Part shown: piece by piece, positions 12,189 through 22,155 of the stretch
Layout of the letters: each line of letters begins with the position of its first letter
How positions within the stretch are numbered: the first letter of the stretch is position 1
Assembly: GCA_030390025.1 (NCBI GenBank)
Contig: CM059432.1
Location: forward strand, 83,578,001-83,642,000
Source: Squalus acanthias
Lineage: Eukaryota
Length of the DNA stretch: 64,000 nucleotides
Direction: 5' to 3'
Translations under genes and position numbers: made by a program
The notes under the pieces: model-generated
Told to the model about the DNA's origin: nothing
What the model saw: the letters and a program-made list of their open reading frames with translations, nothing else
Databases searched by the model: none

Positions 12189-14048
12189 CTACTTGTGTGT
12201 CATCTTTCTCTTATGCGTGCTTCTACGAGGTACAACCCCTGTGGCTTCAGCAGAAGTAGAGGCAGCTTGCTCATTTCCCTGCTGTGGCTGCACAGACACA
12301 TTTGGCAGACGTCCTCTGGGTGTTGGAGCCTGTGATGGCCCCAAAGTCTGCTCCTCCTGCGACTGTGCAGGGCCAGACTCGGCCATCGCGATCCTAGGAG
12401 GTAAGTGGGGCTCTGACTGAGGGGGATGCAACGGGTGAGAAGTGTGAGCACTTTGAGAGGAGCTCCCACTTCCATGTCCTCTGTCACCGACATCCCTCTC
12501 ATGGGCCACCCGCACTTCCCTTCTAGCAAGGAGCTGGAGAGCACTTTGCTGCACATCAGTGGGGCCACGAAGACCCACTTCTATGTTGACATCCCTCCTA
12601 GAGAGGACGTCTATGAGCCTCTGCCATCTATTCTCCAGAGATACCATGCGCTCATGTGAGTGGCGCATCAGCTGCTCCATGCAGGTGCCATCCTTTCCAT
12701 GGAAGAGCATATAGTTGCCATCGCCTGCAACATGGTGGTGCTCATGTTGGAGATGGACTCCTCCATTCTCTGCACATTTGCAGAGATCGCGGTCACAAAA
12801 TGTGTCAAAGCCTCCTGCGCTTCTTCTTGCACCACCAGGATCTCCCTCTTTCTGGATGCCCCCGAGGCTCAGCGTCTCCATGCAGCTCAGCAGAGCTGTG
12901 AGCGTCCTGCCTCCTCTGGTGAGGAGTCTCCCCGACTGTTCCTGTCTCTACCATCTCCTCTTGCTCACTTGTGACTTGTGACACGCCAGGTGACAACACT
13001 ACGCTATGTCACGTGGGACCCACTGAGGTGTAAGTATCTGCGCTGGTGCTAGGTATGCTTATGTCTGCTTACGGTGCACCCTCTGAGGCTGGAGGCTCCT
13101 CTGAGGAGTCATTTTCCTCTTCCTCCTGGACAGTGGGGTGGACTCTTGATGGACATGCGAGAGAGTACAGAGACGATTTAGAAATGTCATATCAAGAATG
13201 GGTAATGATACCATTATGCACATGATGAACATTCACTGGCTGCTGACATCAGTCACCATATGAGTGACTGCTGTATGCCATGTAGCTGTATGAGATGTAG
13301 TTCTGTCACCTGATTGCTGGGATGTCCTCCTCTCTCCGTCTCCCACTGCCAGCTGCTCTGCAAGTCCTGATACATCTAGGGCGACGTCCTCTGCTGGAGT
13401 TAACGTGGAGAATGACAGAAGGCCATCTCTGGTTCTCTCCCTCTCCTTCTTATTGTGGGCTCTCTTCTCCTGCGAGGAGGGAAAGAAGAGACGGTTGAGT
13501 GAGAGTGATGGAATGAGTGTAAGGAATGGATGGGTTACATCTGTAAAGGGTGACTATGAGGGAGTGGGTTGGCAATGCCAAATGGCCTCCTTGTGTGGTG
13601 TTACTTGGTATAATTGCATTAGGATGAGGGTGAGTGTGAGGGGTGGTTAGTCAAATGGGCATGTGATAATGTAGATAGAGAGGGATGGGTGGGCATGCAA
13701 GGTATGTTGGTGTGAGTAATGATGTGCAGGAGTAGGCTTGGGAAGGCAGAGTGACGGGGATGTGATGAGAGGCACAGCAGGATGAAGTTGAGTGTGGCTT
13801 TGCACTCACCTTTCCTGATCTAATGAGATAATTGAAGCGCTTCTGGCACTGCACCCAGGTCCTCCTCACCACATCCCTGCTGTTCACCTCCTCTGCTATC
13901 TCTAGCCAGGCTCGTTTGGTCTCTTGGGAGGTCTCTTGCACCCATCAGAAGGGAAGAGGACCTCCCTGCGTGCTCTCACTCCCTCCACAAGCATATGGAG
14001 GGAGTCAGCTGAGAACCTGGGTGCAGCCCTCTGCCTCTGTGCAGTCAT
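12189..14048 (-). pseudogene. Three-exon Myb/SANT-like Harbinger partner gene (NAIF1/MSANTD-like domain)
   Basis: Exon 1 14048-13810 MTAQRQRAAPRFS..AWLEIAEEVNS..RTWVQCQKRFNYL then GTGAGT. Exon 2 13469-13310 (CGCAG / GTGACA). Exon 3 from ~13154 (acceptor reads CGCAT) to 12189. Has a frameshift and stops. Confidence 0.85.
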
Positions 14049-14454
14049 GTTTTCAAGGCTTAGCAAGACCCAAATGCTCTAATACAGTGCCTGCACACTC
14101 CTAGATGAACCTTCAAATGCAATGTGGCCAAGGCTCCTTTAAATATCCCTGCTGGAAATGAGTCATCAATTACGTCATCAGACCCGCACCATTTAATAGG
14201 GCCGGGAAATGCGCAGGCCTGCCTTAATAGGCTCCATTAAGCGAAAGTCGATCTGAGGAACGGCATGAAATGAGGAACGGATTTGCGACCCGCCACGCCA
14301 ACTGCCCGCACCCGACCTGCCCAGGTAAACAAAATTCCAGCCATAGTGAATTTTTTTTGATGCTGATCTCCCAATTTAGCTTTGATCCTTACAGTAGAGC
14401 TTCACTGGCCATGGAAAATAATATAGCTGAGGGAAGGTAACCCTGTGGAGTACT

Positions 14455-14670
14455 GCAAAATAACATAGCACAGAAGGAGGCCATTTGGCCCAACATGCCT
14501 GTGCCGGCTCCTTGAAAGAGCTATCCAATTTTTCCCATTCCCCTGCTCTTTCCCCATAGCCCTGCAAATTGTTCCTTATTAAGTAAATATTCAATTCCCT
14601 TTTGAAAGTTATAATTCAGTCTATTTCCACCACTCTTTCAGGCAGTGAATTCTGGATCATAAAAACTCAC
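14455..14670 (-). mobile_element. CR1 3' terminal fragment
   Basis: ORF2 end (NLQGYGERAGEW) and 3'UTR (GGGCCAAATGGCCTCCTTCTGTGCT) match the 3' end at 34030-34135. Confidence 0.8.
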
Positions 14671-15818
14671 ATACAGCCTCTGCATTTAATCACCTAGGGA
14701 GCTGTTTATTATTTCATTCGTTCCAGATCCCAGTACAATGTCATCTACATTTAAAAAATTCAACCTCACATTTAAATTGTTAATGCAGATAACTTTACTC
14801 TGTCAAAAGTCAGTCTCCCACTTAGCCTAATGTTATTTAAACAGCCATCTAACGAGATAGTGCTGAGCATAACAAATAACCTTCCGTTTTCGCTCTACAT
14901 GCGCATTGTACATTAAACGACTCAGCCAAAATACTCTTGGCAAATTCTATATTCATATTTAAACTGTTAGTAACAGCATTTATTATGCTTATATATAGTA
15001 TGAAGTTCCATTTTTTCAGCTCAGTAAGAGACATGTTGGCAAAAGGTATCAGTTATTATGTAAGAAATGGCTAAATCAACTAGTAAATTTGTCTGACTAT
15101 CTTTAAAGTGACATTGACTAAGGTCAAGAACTAATCTGAGATATTATTAATTATTTAATGCTATTTCTTTATTCAAATGGAACTTTTGACCAAACTAAAT
15201 GCATCTCATTGATCTGGCTTTTTAAAATCTGCACTGATGAAATTAGACCCAACCAGTCCAAGTTGGAAGACATTAAAAGCAATAACAGTCAGAATTTATT
15301 ACCGTACATTGTGTATTAATCCCAGGTGCACTTTCCTTGACTCCTGACAATTTTTTCATCAGTATGGAGTGAGCCAACCAGTCAACACCTGTCCAGAATA
15401 GATGATGTGGGCTTGCTCACTGATCGCAGACATTCTTTCATACCTTCCTGTATAACAAGTGATACTTTACTGTCAACTTGACAGCAGAAATTTGTAAACT
15501 CACCAATCTTTGCCAACTCGATTTGGAATCTGCAGATACACTAAAATGTGTTCTCTCAGCAACTTGCAATGCTGATTGCAAAGTTCAACTTTTACACTTG
15601 CAGGGTTATTATGAGTACATGTTGATTAAGTAACAGTCAACTAGATGAAGTAAAACAATTGGTTGGAGTGGAAAGTTTTTTTCTCCCCATTTGATCATAC
15701 ATAGCGTCTCTAACACAGTAAGGTTGTAATCTTGAATGAAAGTGCTAACTGTACCCCAAACTTCTACTTCTACGTGTAATGGCACTTCTTGGATCTCAGC
15801 TGATTATTAGATGTTATG

Positions 15819-16738
15819 GAAGCTAAATTGGATAGCCCCAAAAGCGGGCACGGGGATGGTGATGCACGATTACCCCGCGCCTTTTCAGTGTAATGCAGCC
15901 AGCATGCCAACTTCATGCTGCCTTCTGATTGTAATGATTGCTGTGTGCAGCCAGCGCTAACCGCAATGTTCATTGGCTGCATACATCAGCAGGGTGCCCA
16001 ATATCGTTACTTGCTAGCACTACTTAAAGCTAGCCTGCACTGCTTAAAGCTAGAAATACAAACAGAAAATGCTGGAAATACTCAGCAGGTCAGGCGGCAT
16101 CTGTGGAGAGAGAAACAGAGTTAACATATAAGGTTGATGACCTTTCATCAGAACTGGAAAATGTTACAGATCTAACAGGTTTCAAGGAAGTACAGAGGCA
16201 GGGAAAAGGGGATGGGAGGAAAGAACAAAAGGGAAGGTCTGTGATAGGGTGGAAGGCAGGAGAGATTGAATGACAAAAGGGATGATGGTGCAAGGCAAAA
16301 TGGGGTGGTAATACTACTTAAACTTGCCGCACCTCTTGAAGAGAAGGTGCATTGTGGCTGATGGAAGTGCTGAGATCATTCGGAATAGTGCTGTGCAACA
16401 ATAACCAATGGCTGAGCATGGGAGAGAGCGGGCACCCAGGTCCAATAATAGTGAATATATTACAAGAGAGAGAGAAGTGTGCCAGTGTGTGCCAGGCCTG
16501 GTTCTAGCCTTCCCTGACTACAGGACTACTCTCTTTAATAGCTGGCTCCCAACCTTACTGCTAATGGGGCCAGGTTGAGGAAGTAGCAGTCGCAGCACTG
16601 ATTGACATGAAAATAGCATTGGAGGTCCTGACAATGTCAGTTGACTCCTATTTGAATATTTTAATCAGGCCCCTGATCATCTCACTAATTTCCCATTTAC
16701 TGGTGTAAACAGGGTGATAGGAGATGAAAATTAGCCCC
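15819..16738 (+). mobile_element. Decayed Harbinger-derived non-autonomous element
   Basis: Termini GAAGCTAAATT / AATTAGCCCC. Retains the start of a Myb-partner ORF (MAEHGRERAPR at 16408). Confidence 0.5.
16052..16310 (-). mobile_element. Penelope-related terminal fragment with a degenerate hammerhead motif
   Basis: Minus strand GTT-CTGATGA-A-AGGT-CATCA-ACCT-TATATGTT-AAC (16120-16154), with the GAAA core mutated. Same family as both arms of 55721-55891. Confidence 0.6.
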
Positions 16739-16829
16739 ACAATGTTGCAAGAGTTGTAAAATCATGGAGACACCATTATTGGGACAGTAATCTGACCTCA
16801 AGCCTAATGGAAGGAAGCAGAGAAATAAA

Positions 16830-17722
16830 GGGGGAAAAATTCAGTTGGTTGTGCCTCCCGTTAGCGCCTTAAGAGGGTGCTAATGGGGCGCAAAGCAACT
16901 AGCGCCCAGGCGCGGCGATGTTTGTGCCGCTTGCGAAATTAACTAGACATTTTGCGGCGGCGCTAAACACTACCGCCACGATCTCCTGCGCCGGCAGATC
17001 GTGACGTCAGTCGAGTGCGCAACACCCCGGTATCGCCCCGGAGCGGATATTGAGTGGCGCCCCCTGCCTTACCGCCTGACGCTAGCAACGACAGGTTGAG
17101 GGGAGCGTTTTGCAGTCATGAAGGGACTAGGGGAGCGCTATTTAAAGGCGACCGCTTCCTGCCTTTTATTGTTGGTGCCATTTTTGAACCACGCATTCTG
17201 AGAGAGAGAGAGAGAGACTTCTGGAGAGATTCAACGCTGTGTGAAGGAGTTTTGGGTACTGAGCAGCACTTTGCAGGTTCATTTTGATCTGCCATTCCTT
17301 GTATCGATTTAGAAGAGTCTGTGGGTGTTGCACTCTGAGCTCTTTCCTGGGTACTCTCCATTTTTCTTTACAGCAGATTTGATGTGCAGGTCTCTCCAGG
17401 CAGAGATTCAAGGCTGCAATGAGCAGGATGTGGATGGGAAGCAAGATCAACCCTCCCCTTTAAGAACTGGCCCGCGCCATTGTGTGTGTGTTCCATTGCT
17501 GACTGACATCACATGAGCTTTGCCAGCGCTCTGAGGTAGCGCCTCGCTCCTCGGCCTTTGCGCCTTAAGACAGGTGTGAAGCGCCTGATTTAGCGCTCCA
17601 ATCACCTCCAGGGGCGATAAAAGTCAAGTTTGCAGTCGGTGGCGATAATTAGCGCCAGGCGCTAATCTTTGCGCCCGGCCGATAATTGCGCCCCAAATGG
17701 GGCGATACTGAATTTCTCCCCC
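16830..17722 (+). mobile_element. Harbinger MITE family M1, copy 1 (893 bp)
   Basis: TIR GGGGGAAAAATTCAG / CTGAATTTCTCCCCC with AAA TSD. Near-identical to 39563-40455 and to inverted 56556-57450. Confidence 0.95.
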
Positions 17723-17913
17723 AAATAGTCTAGATAGAACAGGAATAACATAGTGAATTTTCGTAAATTCATTTTCTCCACTATGGCCTTCTGGTGAAAA
17801 CAGTTTCCTTTTGGCATGGAACATAGAAACATAGAAGATAGGAGCAGGAGTAGGCCATTTGGCCCCTCGAGCCTGCTCCGCCACTTAATGAGATCATGGC
17901 TGATCATCCAAAT

Positions 17914-20910
17914 TCAGTACCCTGTCCCTGCTTTCTCCCCATATCCCTTGATCCCTTTAGCCTTAAGAAATATATCTAACTCCTTCTTGAATATATTTAA
18001 TGAATTGGCCTCAACTGCCTTTTGTGGTAGAGAATTCCACAGGTTCACCACTCTCTGGGTGAAGAAATTCCTCCTCATCTCTGTCCTAAATGGCTTACCC
18101 CTTATCTTTAGACTGTGACCCCTGGTTCTGGACTCCCCCGCCATCGGGAACATCCTTCCTGCATCTAGTCTGTCTAGTCCTGTTAGAATTTTATAAGTTT
18201 CAATGAGATCCCCTCTCATTCTTCTAAACTCTAGCGAATATAAGCCCAATCGACCCAATCTCTCCTCATACGTCATTCCTGCCATCCCAGGTATCAGTCT
18301 GGTGAATCTGCGCTGCACTCCCTCCATGGCAAGAAGATCCTTCCTCAGATAAGGCGACCAAAACTGCACACAATACTCAAGGTGTGGTCTCACCAAGGCC
18401 CTGTACAACTGTAGCAAGACATCCTTGCTCCTGTACTCGAATCCTCTCCCTATGAAGGCCAACATACCATTTGCCTTCTTAACCGCCTGCTGCACCTGCA
18501 TGCTTACCTTCAGCGACTGGTGCACAAGGACACCCAGGTCTCGTTGCACTTCCCCTTCTCCCAATCTATTGCCATTCAGATAATAATCTGCCTTCCTGTT
18601 TTTGCCACCAAAGTGGATAACCTCGCATTTATTCACATTATACTGCATCTGCCATGCATCTGCCCAATCACCCAACCTGTCCAAATCATACTGGAGTTTC
18701 TCGGCATCCTCCTCACAGCACACACGCCCACCCAGCTTTGTGTCATCTGCAAACTTGGAGATATTACATCTAGTTCCCTCGTCTAGATCATTAATATATA
18801 TTGTGAAAAGCTGGGGTCCTAGCACCGATCCCTGCGGTACCCCACTAGTCACTGCCTGCCACTCGGAAAAAGACCCGTTTATTCCAACTCTTTGCTTCCT
18901 GTCTGCCAACCAGTATTCTATCCAAGTCAGTACCTTACCCCCCAATCCCATGTGCTTTAACTTTGCACGCTAATTTCTTATGCGGGACCTTATCGAAAGC
19001 TTTCTGAAAGTCCAAATACACCACATCCACTGGTTCTCCCTTATCTATTCTACCAGTTACATCCTCAAAAAATTCCAGTAGATTAGTCAAGCACAATTTA
19101 CCTTTTGTAAATCCATGTTGACTTTGTCCGATCCTGTCACTGTTTTCCAAATGCTTTGCTATTACATCTTTTATAATGGACTCTAGCATTTTCCCCACTA
19201 CCGATGACAGGCTTACCGGTCTATAATTCCCCGTTTTCTCTCTACCACCTTTTTTAAATAGTGGGGTTACACTAGCTACCCTCCAACCCATGGGAACTGT
19301 GCCAGAGTCTATAGAATTTTGGAAGATGACCAGCAATGCATCTACTATTTCTAGGGCCACTTCCTTAAGTACCCTAGGATGTAGATTATCAGGCCCTGGG
19401 GATTTATCGGCCTTCAATCCCATCAATTTCCCGAACACCATTTCCCTGCAAATACTGATTTCATTCAGTTCCTCCCTCTCATTAGACCCTATGTTCCCCG
19501 ACATTTCTGGAAGGTTATTTGTGTCCTCCTTTGTGAAGACAGAACCAAAGTATGTATTTAATTGGTCAGCCATTTCTTTGTTCCCCATTATAAATTCCCC
19601 TGATTCTGACTGCAAAGGGACCTACGCTTGACTTCACCAATCTTTTTCTCTTCACATATCTATAGAAGCTTTTACAGTCAGTTTTTATGTTCCCTGAAAG
19701 TTTACTCTCATACTCTATTTTCCCCCTCTTAATTAATCCTTTTGTCCTCCTTTGCTGAATCCTAAACTGCTCCCAATCCTCAGGTTTGTTGCTTTTTCTG
19801 GCCAATTTATATGTCCTCTCCTTGGATCTTATGCTATCCCTAATTTCCCTTGTTAGCCAAGGTTGCGCCATCTTTTTGTTTTATTTTTATGCCAGACAAA
19901 GATGAACAAATTCTGTAGTTCATCCATGCGATCTTTAAGTGTTTGCCAATGCCTATCCACCGTCAACCCTTTAAGTAACGTTCCCCAATCCATCCTAGCC
20001 AACTCGCCCCTCATACCATCGTAGTTTCCTTTATTTAAAAATTCAGGACCCTAGTCTCTGAGTCAACTACTTCACTCTCCATCTTAATGAAGAATTCTAT
20101 CATATTATGATCGCTCCTCCCCAAGGGGCCTCACACAACAAGATTGCTAATCAATCCTTTCTCATTACATAATACCCAGTCTAAGATGGCCTGATCTCTA
20201 GTTGGTTCCTCGACATTTTGGTCCAGGAAACCATCCCGTATACACTCTAGGAATTCCTCCTCCACAGTATTGTTACTAATTTGGTTAGCCCAATCTATAT
20301 GTAGATTAAAGTCACCCATGATAACTGCTGTGCCCTTATTGCACGCATCTCTAATTTCCTGTTTAGTGCCATCCCCAACCTCAGCATTACTGTTTGGGGG
20401 TCTGTATACATCTCCCACTAAAGTTTTCTGCCCCTTGGTATTTCTCAGCTCTACCCATACAGATTCCACATCATCAGAGCTAATATCCTTCCTTACTATT
20501 GTGTTAATCTCCTCTTTAACCAGCAATGCTACCCCACCTCCTTTTCCTTTTTGCCTGTCCTTCCTGAATATTGAAAATCCCTGGATGTTGAATTCCCAGC
20601 CTTGGTCACCCTGGAGCCATGTCTCCGTAATCCCAATTATATCATATCCATTTACATCTATTTGCGTAGCTCATTCATCCACCTTATTACGAATGCTACT
20701 TGCATTAAGACACAAAACCTTCAGGCTTGTTTTTTTAACACTCTTCGTCCTTTTAGAATTATTATTTACTGTGGCCCTCTTTGATTTACACACTTGATTT
20801 CTCTGCCTTCCCCTTTTGCTTTTCTCCTTCCTGTCTTTTGCTTCTATCCTTGCTTCCCTTTCCTCTGTCTCCCTGCACAGGTCCCCAACCCCATGCCATT
20901 TTAGTTTAAA
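17914..20910 (-). pseudogene. CR1 ORF2 (EN+RT), disrupted
   Basis: ORFs 20671-21069, 20131-20526, 19566-19871, 18935-19615 and 17914-18951 are successive pieces. Confidence 0.93.
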
Positions 20911-20913
20911 CCC
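20901..20913 (-). promoter_or_regulatory. Candidate -1 frameshift site G-GGU-UUA-AAC-UAA at the ORF1/ORF2 junction
   Basis: ORF1 ends ..VGEGLN*. The -1 frame reads GFKLKWHG.. without Met or stop to LKVLCLNASSIRNK. Confidence 0.6.
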
Positions 20914-21974
20914 TCCCCAACAGCACCAGCAAACACTCCCCCTAGGACATTGGTCCCGGTCCTGCCCAGGTGCAAACCGTCCAGTTTGTACAGGTCCCAC
21001 CTCCCCCAGAACCGGTTCTAATGTCCCAGGAATTTGAATCCATCCCCCTTGCACCATTCCTCTAGCCATGTATTCATCTGAAATATCCTTCTATTTCTAC
21101 TCTGACTAGCACGTGGCATTGGTAGCAATCCTGAGATTACTACCTTTGAGGTCCTATTTTTTAATTTACCTCCTAACTCCCTATATTCAGCTTTTAGGAC
21201 CTCATCCCATTTTTTACCTATATCGTTGATACCTATATGCACCACAACAGCTGGCTGTTCACCCTCCCCCTCCAGAATGCCCTGCAGCCGCTCCGAGACA
21301 TCCTTGACCCTTGCACCAGGGAGTCAACATACCATCCTGGAGTCTCGTTTGCGGCCGCAGAAACGCCTATCTATTCCCCTTACAATAGAATCCCCTATCA
21401 CTATAGCTCTCCTGCTCTTTTTCCTCCCGTCCTGTGCAGCAGAGCCACCCATGGTGCCAGGAAGTTGGCTGCTGCTGCCTTCCCCCGATAAGCCATCTCC
21501 CCCAACAATATCCAAAGCGGTATATCTGTTTGAGAGGGGGATGGCCACAGGGGACCCCTGCACTACCTGCCTGTGCCTACTACTCTGCCTGGTGGTCACC
21601 CATTCCCCTCCTGCCTGTGCAGCCTTTACCTGCGGTATGACCAACTCCCTAAACGTGCTATCCACGATGTCCTCAGCAGAACAAAGCTGGGAGAGCTACT
21701 CAACACAGTGTGCGGACTTCTCTACCGTTCGCATAAACACCATTCCCAACTGACTGACAGACAGGAGGTGCAATTGTTCTACTAGTTTGGTAGAACGTTC
21801 TATAACTGAATGGCTGACAGGAAAGCATTCATCACAAATGCTGTGTAAAAATGAGCGTGTCAGTCACTCAATTGCACTGTCACTCTGGTTATGGAATAAT
21901 ATTCTCACTTAGATTACCAATTGTGCCACTGTTTAAGGATGATTATACAAGGACACAACTAAATCAGAAGAAAA

Positions 21975-22080
21975 GGCAGTGAAATCATGCAATAGTGAAT
22001 ATATCACAGGACATAATGCAAAATCGAGTAATAATAAATACACCATAGGACATATGCACAAACATGCAATAATGAATATA
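21975..22080. repeat. Degenerate ~39-bp minisatellite, left part
   Basis: Units like GTGAATATATCACAGGACATAATGCACAATCATGCAATA. Continues at 27405-27545, with traces at 29085-29135. Confidence 0.7.
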
Positions 22081-22155
22081 GATACATAGAAGAGTACAGC
22101 ACAGTACAGGCCCTTCGGCCCTCGATGTTGTGCCGAGCATTGTCCGAGACCAAGA

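Larger units (their letters stand above)
10186..14342 (+). mobile_element. Near-complete two-gene PIF/Harbinger transposon (family A), 4157 bp
   Basis: Imperfect TIR GACTGTAATTTT / AAAATTCCAGCC with ATA TSD (10183-10185, 14343-14345). Convergent transposase (+) and spliced Myb/SANT gene (-). Confidence 0.92.
17815..21677 (-). mobile_element. Near full-length CR1 LINE, truncated within ORF1
   Basis: ORF1 esterase motifs (LSNRY, VIGDS, HIGIND, DGLH), ORF2 EN (LNASSIRNK, YRPPNS, MGDFN) and RT; (TTCTATGT)n tail. Several stops and frameshifts. Confidence 0.96.

Noticed and set aside
15303..15447. Minus-strand AG..GT bounded segment
   Set aside because: Stops in all three frames.
16120..16154. 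Active hammerhead ribozyme
   Set aside because: The GAAA core reads UAUA, so it is predicted inactive.
17054..17516. Small ORFs recurring in all three M1 copies
   Set aside because: Recurrence follows from copy identity; several lack ATG starts and none resembles a known domain.
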